Positions 13,538-24,832 of a DNA stretch of 64,000 bases are shown here, one piece after another. The stretch spans positions 131,812,001 to 131,876,000 of the forward strand of contig NC_042999.1 of NCBI RefSeq assembly GCF_006345805.1. The letters run 5' to 3'. How positions within the stretch are numbered: position 1 is the first letter of the stretch; each line of letters opens with the position of its first letter. Both the position numbers and the translations under genes were made by a program. Origin of the DNA: Octopus sinensis (Eukaryota). The notes under the pieces were generated by a model that did not search any database, was not told the origin of the DNA, and was given only the letters and a program-made list of their open reading frames with translations.

Positions 13538-13811
13538 GGGCATATGGCATAGTAGTTAAGGCACGAGCTACTAACCCCAAGATTCCGAGTTCGATCACAG
13601 ACAGTGACCTGAATAATAATAATAATAATAATAATAGCATAAAAAAATACCTTAGGAATGAGAACCCAAGTTTGAAATTTCCCCAAGACACCTGATGAAG
13701 GCTGGAGGGCATATCAGCTGTAACATTGTGTTAACAACAAACAAGATGAGGACAAATATCTGTCAAATGTAAATAATGTTCATAATTCCTCATCTCTTAA
13801 ATATAGAACTG
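13538..13811 (+). mobile_element. tRNA-headed SINE-like element with a degenerate minimal hammerhead motif in its tail
   Basis: A-box-like TGGCATAGTAGTTAAG and B-box-like GAGTTCGATC, internal (AAT)n, then ACAC-CTGATGA-AGGCTG..CAGCT-GTAACATT-GTGT (13688-13731). Confidence 0.55.
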
Positions 13812-16800
13812 TACAAACCTATATTGCTCTCCATAATCCTCACACATTACTCCCTTTTCTATCACTCAACATTCATCACATCTCCCAGTAGTCATGCTCT
13901 CTCTCATCACTCCCTCACTTCTAATAATCCTTCTGCTATCTCTGTATTTCCCTTCCATCATTCTTCTATCAGCTTTCTGGTGGTGGTGTTAGAGAGGAAT
14001 CATGGGGTAGTTAGGACTCTTTAGTCTTGCAGGGAAGACTAGCTGATGCTAGGAAGGGCATCCAACTGTAGAAACTGTATCAAAAATGGAATATACAAAT
14101 GAGACATGGTCCTTGACCTGTTTGGGAGGACAATAACTCTGAGAACTGAGCCAGACTGACTTGCTCAGACCATGCTAGCATAGAAAGGAGAAGGGGTACT
14201 GTTGCTGAGGAAGATAATGTGCATCCAGTTGTAGAAAATTTGCCTCAACACATCTTGTCCAACCCATGCAAACATGGTAAAGTGGACATTAAAATGCTGC
14301 TGCTGCTGATCATACACTTCCCCCAAATTTAGTGTCCTGTGCCAGTCTTAGAAATCAATATAACTAACCGAAGCCAGAGTGTCCCTTCAAATTTGTAATG
14401 GTTATACAATAATTAGAGATCTATACAATGTTGGGCCACTGCTATAAGTTAATTGCGAATTTAACACTGTTTATATGCATTTTATGATGATGGCAAGGAA
14501 GTGGAGGTGAATTGTGATATAAAGAGAAGAAAGAGGTGACAGATAAGGATCAGATAAAAAGATAGAAGAGAGGAAGATAATGATGACAGGGATGATAATG
14601 AGAAGAAGAAGGATGATGATGATGATGATAAGGATGACGATGATGATGATGATGTAAAAGATGAAAAGGAGGAGGTAGACAAGAGTGAAAAAGATGATGT
14701 TGAGGGAGATATCCTTGACTAACATGTATTGTCTTTGTGAAACAAAAAGAAATGTTTGCCAAACAAACTTTGGAGAGAGAGAGAGAGAGAAATAGTAAGT
14801 GAAATAAAAGTGAGGTAGGATGTGAGATAGTGAAAGAGAAAGGGAGAGTTGAAAGTATGATCAGCCATTTAAAGTGTGTGCATAAAGAGAAGAGTGTGAA
14901 TAATGAAAAATTAAATGAAACTTTTCAATAATAAGACAAAAAAATACAGATGATATATAGGAAGTTGTAAACAATGTAGTCCTCAAAAGACCTGGATTAT
15001 TTCAATAGTGAATATAATCAATGATGAACATAATAATGTAGGTATGAAGCGTTTCAAAGATGCATACATTGACTGCTAGCTTGATAAAAGTTCTCAGATT
15101 TAAGATACGTGTATAGTTGATTAAATATCAGTACACAACTGGTATCTAACTTCATTAGAGCACAGACGGTTGATAGGCAAAGTCAAGGCCAATGAAATGT
15201 TTATATATAGAAATTGTTTCCCCAAACATCAGTGAAGCATGCTATGGTATAGATCCATATATAGCTCAGCTGTCTAGCTGCTGTTGTATATTATAGGTAG
15301 ATGTAGATAGGCAGGGGATGGGGTGATATATTTAATGCATGAAGCTTTAATAAAACTATTCAAGATAAATTTGTGTAGAGAAAAAGATATAATTAGTTGT
15401 GATTAATAGACATTTTTTTTTTTCAGTAAATATGGGAGATAACCCCAGACATATTTTTGCCATTTTGGTAGTTTCTGCAATGATTCCTGGAGCTCATAAC
15501 ATACCTAAGATATACTGTTTGAATAAAATACAAGTTGCTTATAGCCAGAATGCTATTGTTTAATGATTAGCTCGATTATGTATTGATCTGGGACTAAATG
15601 GCACAATCACTTCAGCTACCAGAAATCATGCTAGTTTCTGGTAATTGAAGTAGTTTCATTATGGTTGTTATGGAGTGGTTATGTCACCTAGTCCCACATA
15701 AGCTTCTCAATAGAACTCACCTTTATATATGGATTTGGATACAAGTTTCAGGAATGTTTGGCCTCATGACTAGCACAAACTGATTAGATTTTGGGATCAA
15801 TCCAATACCAGACAAGCCTTCTGGATTATTTTTCCAGTTTTTTTTTTACTTAATGTTTGTGAGTAGTTGGGTTCATTTTTAGTATTCTCGTTTGTGAGAG
15901 CAGTCAAGTTTATTTCAGATATTCTCAATGCTCTCATAATGCAACACATTGTAATTTAAGTTCAAATTGAAAGTGTGAAACTATTTTCATTTTCTAATGA
16001 AACCTGATAGTTGTAGAGAAATGTATTTGAAGTAATTATAGCTGGTTATTGAAATAACATTGAAAATATGTAAATGAAAATAAAGTTTAATTGATGAGAT
16101 TGTTCTGGTCTTAACATCAGTTGGTAAGAATAGAAGTCATTTGACGACACCTTTTTGCTTGTAATTGGCTATCCTGTTGCAGGTTCAATACATGGGATAT
16201 TGAAACGATACCCATCTTGTCCCTTTCACAGAAAAGCATAATAAGAAGGATGAGTCTGTGAAACATGTTTAAGGTTGTTATCTCAAACACGAATGAGAAT
16301 ATCATGATTTTCATGGAGATCACCAACCATAAGGATGGCTACTTCATTAGATGTGGGCTCATTAAAACAGCGTAAAATGATCTTTACTATAGTTTACTAT
16401 AGATGTAAGGAACGCAGAAACATACTCATAGAATTGATAATATTGGAAACAGCAAAATGTACACATATGAAGTTCAAGTGAAACGAAATGTAGTCAATAT
16501 AGGTGCAAAACATACTTTTTGTAGCATAGTTATGCTATAAAAAAATGGAAAGTCACCAATTTAGCAAAAGTTAATATGCATCACCAATGTAAGAAAGTAC
16601 AGAAAGTCAACATTTATTTGGAACATGTACTAAATGTTATAAAATTCATGATTTAATATCACAGTGAAGAAAATGAAAGTCCAAGAAAATTCAGAAAACA
16701 TATTCAATTTTTCATTAAAAAATTATTTATTTTACAATTTTGAAATGAACACTGAACCAAGTATATAGAAAAGAAGATGCTGTTGTTGTAATGTTAATTT

Positions 16801-18536
16801 AAAATATTTGCTGAAAGATGTATGTAGCAAGATATAAATTAATTTGACATTACTGCATATTTTTTGACTGTGTAATGTTACAGGCTATAGAATAAATTCT
16901 GACTAATGCAGTAAAAAGGTTGTGCAACATTGATACTAGTCATGAGCAAGCTTGGGAGGACTGTTAAAAATTATCTTGAAACTGGTTAGAAGGAGTGGAA
17001 TAAAATTTCTGTAATTACATTGAAAGAGCTGCTGAGGCGTTCTACTTCGCCAAGTTCCGAATTTTTTATAATAATCAGAATAACATTTTTTCTCAGATAT
17101 ATTTGCAAGTATTTTGAGTGGTATTAAATCAGCCAAATTTTCATGTTGATAGTACTTCAAAGTAAATGCTGTTATTCGTTTAATGTCCAGGCCACAACTA
17201 AACTTGCAATATTGGTGTGTTTCACTGTTGGGCGGGAAAAAGTTACATACATAAACAAACACACACATACATAAACACACACACACACATTAATGCACAC
17301 CTGAAGCCTCTCTCTGTCCCTGTGTGTTGGTCGTCACAAAAATGTATGTAAACTGACAGACACATAAACCATTACACACATATGCTTGTCAGTCATCAGC
17401 CTAATGTAGGTAACAAACGCACAAACACACTCACATAGAAAATGTGACGTCATTGTAGTTGTAGTGGTGCTATAAAATGTTGTTTATGATAGGTGACTAA
17501 AAGAAAAATGACAATGTTAAATTTTTGTAATGCAAATATGTGTATGAAAATATAGTTTAGTTGGTAGCCAAAAGCCTACTGAATTTTTTGATATCCCATA
17601 CGTCAAAATCGGCAACTCAGTTTTGGAATGCATAAGGAACATACATTCACATACAAACACATACAAATTCTCTCTTACACTGACACTTTAACAACAATTT
17701 GGAGTAGTTTGTTATATTTGACTCAAGTCAAAAATCTGGTACCATACACCACTTCTTAGCATAACATGATATATATATATATATAGCTGAAGGATTAAAA
17801 TTAATCAAAGGACATACTAAGTATGTCTACCTACTTAGTATGTCTTTTGATTAATTTTAATCCTTCAACTATTTAATGCTTGTTTGGACATGCAATCACC
17901 TATATTATTGATTCTTTTATTATCATTTTTAATTGTTACACTAGATAATAACAGAGTCAATAATATCTTTGTGTGTGTATATGTGTGTGTGTGTGGCAGG
18001 CTTCTTTCAGTTTCCAGCTATCAAATCCACTCACAAGACCTGGGACTCTAGTAGAAGACTTGCTCAAGGTGCCACACTGTGAGACTGAACTCAAGACTAC
18101 GTGGTTGGGGAGAAGCACCTAGTATACTTTTATAAAATTAACAGCATCAATCAAGACCAAAACATGTCTGTAGTTGTCACATATATTAGTATCGTCTGCA
18201 AAAATATCATAATACATTTGATATTTCAGGAAAATCATCATCATCATCATCATTTTAACATCCACTTTTCAATGCTTCCATTGCTCAGATGGAATCCATC
18301 AAGGCAGATTTTCTATGGCTTAATGTCCTTCCTGTCACCAACTCTCACCTGTTTCTAAGCAAAGTATTCTTCCCCCAAAGCCAGACATGTTTTCATGGAA
18401 GACTGAAAATGAGGGACACTACCTGCATAATGATGATGCTCATTTTATATTTATTGCATAATGTCAAAACAAAGGGACACAAAATCACATATACATATAT
18501 GAGGGGGTGCTGAAAAATTCCTGGTTTAATCTATCT

Positions 18537-18820
18537 CTCTATCTATATATATAAAGATGAGAATGTGTGTGTCTGTCTGTCTGCCTGTGTGATTCCCTAA
18601 AACTCAAGAACTACACAACCAATTTCATTCAAATTTTACATATGCCTTACATAGGGTCCATATAGTGTCATTTTCAACTTCTTGCCTAATGCAAGCCCAG
18701 AGCAATCTCTTATCTCTTCCACTATTTCAGTATTATCTATCAAAAGTGAAACAATAACATCTCTATTGTAATGTGAGATAATACTTTTACTTTAATAGTT
18801 TCACAATTAATATTGAAACT
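18537..18820 (+). mobile_element. 3'-truncated copy of the Helitron-type element at 7396
   Basis: Shares tatatatataaa-..gagaatgtgtgtgtctgtctgt..ccctaaaact..aactacacaaccaatttcattcaaattttac with 7400-7650. Confidence 0.65.
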
Positions 18821-19045
18821 ATTAAAGTGAAACTATTATCTTACATATATACAAGCATGCATAAATACATACATACATACATACATACATACATTATGGC
18901 TGCCCCCTTGTTATCGAGTATGGCCATTGCACGAAGCTTAACTGTTACTGGTGCTGTGATCGAATGTGACATTTTAGGCCAGCTAAAGATCTACAATGTC
19001 TTGTACAGAATTGGCAACTAATACCTTTACCAATACATACATACA

Positions 19046-19077
<32 letters not shown>

Positions 19078-19389
19078 AGAATGTCTGTCTGTCTGTGTGA
19101 ATCCCTAATGCATGGATTTCCTAGACAGAAACTGAAAGAAATCAATTGTATATGTATGTATATCTGTCTGTGTTTCTCCCTCATCACTGCTTGACAACTG
19201 CTGTTAGTTTATTTACATCCCCATAACTTACTGGTTTGACAAGAAGAGACTGATAGAATAAGTACCAGGCTTATCAAAATATTAAAAAACACTGCGGTTG
19301 ATTCATTCAGCAAAAAATTCTTCAAGGCAGTGTCTCATATCTTTGTTTGCTCACTCAGTTGTACCTATCAATCTATCTTTCTGTGTATG

Positions 19390-19420
<31 letters not shown>

Positions 19421-20109
19421 CACACACACACATAGACATGTATGTATATGTGCATATTTATATCGCTTATATAAAAGTCAATGTCTTTATGTAGGTTCCT
19501 GTGTTACTTATAGATTCGAAAACTACTGCACTAATACTAATGAAATTTGGAACACAAAATCCAAGCCTAGGGAGAAGGGTAATGCTGTGTTTCATATAAT
19601 TTCATGGACCAAAATTACTGAATGGATCCTTATGATATTTGGAACTTAGATTCAATGCATAAAGGAAGGTATAATGCAGTATGTTTGGTTAGAATTTGAG
19701 GTAGCTTAAAGGGGGCAGAACCCCCATGAAAATTCATAAATTTCCAATGTTGATGAAATTTCAACCATAGGTAATTGACACACATCAAGAGGTATTCCCA
19801 AAGTTTCTGCTTCTTGTGAGGATTCTAAAACCCACTAATGGGGGCCTTAACTCCCAAATTTCAATCATTTTTTTATAATCCAAAACTAGGTCAAAAGTAC
19901 TGAATGGATATTTAAGAAATTTGGAAATTATATTCTATGCATAAGGACAGATGTAATGCAGTATATGTTTGACAGTGAGGGGGTATAAATGAGGCCATAA
20001 TCCCCATGAAAATTCATCTATTTTTGCTGTTGATGAAATTTTAACCATAACCCTTCATATGGTCAGAGATTTAGGGGCATCCTCATCAAGAAATTTGATG
20101 AGAGGGAGG

Positions 20110-22392
20110 AGGAGCTACAGAAATTGATAGAATTGATATTTTGAAATGTTAGTCTTATACAGCACCAGTATTGAAGTGAAGGTATTGGTAAATGATTTAC
20201 AGTCAATGAGAATTTTTCTGTTTCCTTGCAATAACATATTTGAATAATTTAATTTTGTGAATATATTACAAAGAAAAAGGATATCGCATCTTGCAACCAT
20301 CAATGAAGTGGATAGTGGAGTATCTTCAAAGAAAGATATGATTATATGGAAAAGTTCAACAAAGCATAAAATACAGTTTCCTTTTGAAGCCATCGAACTT
20401 CGGTATGGTATAAGAGTTTAGTATAGTCCTTGTCATTTCTCAGACAGTGTTGACAGAAAATTCCATCAGGTAAGGACTTCAATTTGCTTACAATCTTGAT
20501 AACTAACTGTAGCGCATCATTCACTCAACCATTCATATTGTTTGCCACTAAATGCTGCTGGTGTGCCAAGCAATGAACAGTTAGTATCTGGTGGGAAATT
20601 TCACACTTCAGGAGAAATGAAAAACCTCTGTATCTTCCTATCATTGAAGGGGCTCGATCAGATACACAGGCAAGAATATTACTGAGTGGGATATTATGTT
20701 CAAAAAGAAAAGACTTGAGTGTGTGAAAAATAGTTCCACCTTTTGAATCAAGCAGCAATTTCTCTGTGAAGAGCATTTCCTCACAAGGTTGAAGGTCTTC
20801 ACTGAAATACTGAACATATACCGTCATCATTGATTGTCCACAACAGTCGACTCACCCACTTGTATAGAAAATTCAGAACGCTGGAGTATGTTAATGAGCT
20901 GATGTTTGCCATCGTTGGCCATTTCATCGTTGCTTCGAGAAACTGTGTTATTACTAAGTGGGATCTTCTTTATAATGTTATCAGGTTTTCGTGTATAATG
21001 GATGACAAAACCTCTTTGATAACTCAGCAAAGTAATGTTTCTCCAATTGTGTAAGACTTTCTAGACTTAGCAACAAGCCATGGAATATTGTACGATGCAA
21101 TCAACCCATCATTCTCCTGTTTACTAGCTTCCTGGAGTAGCGTGTTGAATGTTTGTGTTTGCTTTTTGAAAGAGGACCTCAATTGCAAAAAGTATGATAA
21201 CGGCTTGTCCTTCTTGTCAGAATGCTTTGCTTCAAAGCGATACTTCAAGTGTGAAGGTTTCATTGCTTCGTTGGTCAATGTTTGATGGCAAAGAAGTCAT
21301 ATTGGTAACTGATAGTTCTGAGGAGCGAAATGCACCAATCCGATCATGGCCGTTGCCAGCCTCGCCTGGCACCTGTGCAGGTGGCACGTAAAAAGCACCC
21401 ACTACACTCACGGAGTGGTTGGCGTTAGGAAGGGCATCCAGCTGTAGAAACACTGCCAGATCAGACTGGAGCCTGGTGCAGCCTTCTGGCTCCCCAGATC
21501 CCCAGTCGAACCATCCAACCCATGCTAGCATGGAGAACGGATGTTAAATGATGATGATACATAATCACTACTGTATTGTTGACAAATTTTCTTGACTGGA
21601 GGCATCAGTAAAGTGATAATGTGAAAACAGGTTTCCACAGATGGTGTCAGAAAGGCAGTGTGGTATTCCCGAAAAGAAGAAGTCGATAGAGCAGAGTCAG
21701 ATAACATGTCTTTAATGGAGCAAATATGGATCTAGTTCATTTGGCTGCAAACATTTCAAAAACTAAAGTTTATCAAAATTTTTTTAATTTGGCCCATTAA
21801 TGTACCTTTCCAAGCTAAATTGCTGGAGTTATTCAACTTTTTCCAGAAAAACGTAATAAGTTTGATCATTTTCATCCAGTCAAGAAAAACAGTTCCAAAG
21901 CTGTCGTTTTGTCAACATCCTGAAAATAGCACTTGTGTTTTGATATGAAACTGTAGAAATATGCACAACATATAACCCCCTCATAACTTTTTTATTTGTC
22001 TGAGTTTTCAGAAAACATTTGCAAATTTGTATTCTACGTGCAGGACTTCATACAATTATGCCAAAAAAAAAAAAATTGGTGGCACATGATTTAAAGCCTT
22101 GGCCTATTTGGCTGGCATTTTTAGCAAATATGACAACCATCTCAATGACTGTGCGACAAAAATATTCAATGAATAAACAAGTCTGCTTTTATAATACAAA
22201 GGGATGTCTCATGCAAGTAGTCAAATCGATAAAAGTGCATCCTTATTCTAGACATGCCTAGATATAAGTAAATGCAGACTGAATTTCTAAAAATTCTTTG
22301 TCACCCACAAAATGTTCACATCACCCACCATTTTCTAGAAAGTCCACCATCGCCCACCTGTAAGTTGAAATTGCCCACTTTGGGAAGCTATG
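20110..22392 (-). mobile_element. Fragmented hAT transposon, Buster/Charlie (ZBED5/FAM200-like) transposase pseudogene
   Basis: Consecutive minus-strand ORF pieces: MPPVKKICQQYSSDYV; LLCHQTLTNEAMKPSHLK..KHSD; IPLSNNTVSR; FSIQVGEST; VSDRAPSM; HCLAHQQHL; HTEVRWL. 5' terminus CATAGCTTCCCAAAGTGGG at 22392 flanked by gtcTAagg (nnnTAnnn). Split by a SINE at about 21330-21559; 3' end not found. Confidence 0.85.
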
Positions 22393-22428
22393 GTCTAAGG
22401 AGTCATGCAGTAGGACTGAACCTAAAAT

Positions 22429-22770
22429 GGTAAATTTCAATACTTTCACCCGCAGGATTTTCACTAAGAAAAAAATAACTCGGATTTTTTTACATGGAAT
22501 CAAGTACCCTGACCTCCTAATATGTTGCAAATCCCTTATTTTTGTTCAGAAAAAAAGTGGGGGAAATCAGCCCCTATCCTGGAATCATTGGAAATTTTCT
22601 TTTTCCATTGAATGAACTATGGTGATCTCTTAATATGCCACTTCCTTTTTCCAAACAAAAATAAGGGGTTTGCAACATATTAGGAGGTTAGGGTACTTGA
22701 TTCCATGCAAAATATCCAAGTTTTTTTTCTCTTAGTGAAAATTGTGCGGGTGAAAGTATCAAAGCTTACC
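22429..22770. mobile_element. MITE with ~132-bp TIRs starting GGTAA (Merlin-like)
   Basis: Arms 22429-22560 and 22638-22770 are reverse complements; flanks cctaaaat / cccaaaac resemble an 8-bp TSD; inserted in a minus-strand SINE. Superfamily call is inference. Confidence 0.6.
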
Positions 22771-24699
22771 CCCAAAACAACATGGCTGAGAAGTAAGCTT
22801 CTTAACCACACTGCCATAACTGCATCTTATAATAGATATAAAGAGTAGTAATGGCCACAATATTAGTCCCATGGTGACTCTCATTTCCAGCATTTTATCA
22901 TTAGAAAATATGTTACTGTATTTTATTACAAACCTATGATGGAGATTATTTGGGGGGAAAAATTAACTGTATATGATGTACTCTTATTTTTAGAAGGTTT
23001 TGTAATTTTAAAATCCATCAAGCCAAACATGTTGGGCATGAGAAAGATGACCATATTGTAAAATTATTCTTTGAACTAATTCTAAGATTATAACATTATT
23101 GTTATTATTGCCTTTTTTTCTCTGAAGTAAAATTTGAAATCTAAATCCAGCTTCTGTAAACATTTATTTCAAATATCATAATGAGTACAATTTTCAATTT
23201 CTGTCAAAGTTAGCATGTTATGCTTCTAAGATGGCGAGAATAGTATTAGCAAATCATCATCATCATTTAGCATCCATTTTCCATGTTGGCATGGATTAAA
23301 TGGTTTGACTGAAACTAGTAAGCCAGAGAGTTGCACCAGACTTTAGTCTGTTTTGGTTTGATTTCTATGGCTGGATGCCTTTCCTAGTGCCAGTCACTTC
23401 ACAGAGTGTACAAGGTGCTTTTAAGTGTTACCAGCATGAGTGCCTTTTACATGTTACTGGCATGGGTGCTTTTTACATGTCACCAGCCTGGCAATGATTA
23501 TTATTTCAGTTAGCCTGACGTGTCTTCTCAAACTCAGCAAATCGCCAAAAGTCTCAGTCACTTGTCATTGTCTCCATGCTACTCAACATCATGTGTTATA
23601 TAATTACATGAAGACAGTTTTTAAATTGTCAATATTTAAAGAAGCAAGTTGTGGTACTAATGTATTGAATGAAATATCAGAGTTATAAATGTCAAGACAT
23701 GTCTTTGTTGTAGTCACCTATCTCTTTTACAGTTAGTTACATTGACACCTGGCTGAACTAGCCTTTGTAACTTTTCTTGTTAAATCCTTTTTATGGTAAA
23801 CTCAACCTACCGAAATAGCAACGAAATTTCCCTCAGACCACACCCTACCATCATCTTGTAATAATTGTAATAATGTCTTTCACATTCCCTATATCATTGA
23901 TGCACTCATTTAAAAAAAATTTTTAAGCAGCACCCGTTTGTAATATTTCGTCCAAGTTATTCTTTTGAGCTCCCACGCTACTCAGAGTTCATTCATGAAA
24001 AGCCTATATATCCTTCCCCTCTTTGTGAGATCTGCTGTAATGGTTAGATTACGATTCGCTGATGAGGCCTAATAAGAGTAAAACATGTCTGGGGTTATCC
24101 CCGTACTGTTAAAGATGAGACTCATTCCCCTTTGGATTCTATATGTAATTAAAATATCTGAGGTTGTCTTCCCTACCTTTTTCAACTCACAATTAGTAAT
24201 TTGTTTCATGACATTTTTTTTTACCTCTGAAGATGTAACTTTTACTAATTAAATTGTCTCAATTCGTTACATCAAGTATGTCAGCGCTTACTTCACTATT
24301 ACTATCATCGGTTTAAAAATAAAGGTTTCTAGTTCGAATGCAGTCCGATATTGTATACATTATCCATAAATAAAACACATGATGATATGTAAATTCCGCT
24401 TTCGGGTTTGTATTAGCTATAGCATACAAATTAGGGAGGAGGGTATATTCGGTTGAATTGAATATGATTTAAATTGGACGGGTACCTTATTTTATGAACT
24501 ACGGAAGGATGAAAGGTAGAGTTCATCTCGAGGGATGTGATGTAAATGTTTAAAAAATGTTTTATAGCTAAAAATGAGACTCGTCCGACAACTTACAATC
24601 CGTGTGAACTCGATTAATACAAAACATGAGCAAAATAAAAAATAAAATTTATTTCAACATGTCATATATATATTTCTAGAAAAGATATAAATTTAAAAT

Positions 24700-24832
24700 A
24701 AACATTTTCGGTCATTACGTCAAATTTGTCGTAAGTTAGTGCTACGTAACTATAATCCAGAATAGATGTTTAACTCGAGCTGACGGATATAACTTCCGCT
24801 GTCTCCTCACCACATGAAATTTCTCTTCACAT
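24700..24832 (+). promoter_or_regulatory. Probable ERLIN promoter and non-coding first exon
   Basis: Locally CpG-retaining, TE-poor sequence; ETS-like ACTTCCGC at about 24792; strong donor CACAT|GTAAGT at 24833; nearest upstream donor candidate for the acceptor at 29669. No transcript evidence. Confidence 0.45.

Noticed and set aside
13350-13712. 120-aa hydrophobic minus-strand ORF
   Set aside because: Reverse strand of a SINE with (TAT)n producing the Leu run.
14471-14762. Poly-Ile, poly-Ser and poly-His ORFs
   Set aside because: Translations of a purine-rich (GAT)n/(GA)n low-complexity tract.
16936-17286. 116-aa minus-strand ORF and nearby Cys-containing fragments (16100-16650) as a gene or piggyBac transposase
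   Set aside because: Starts in a (GT)n microsatellite; no convincing family motif or splice structure found by eye.
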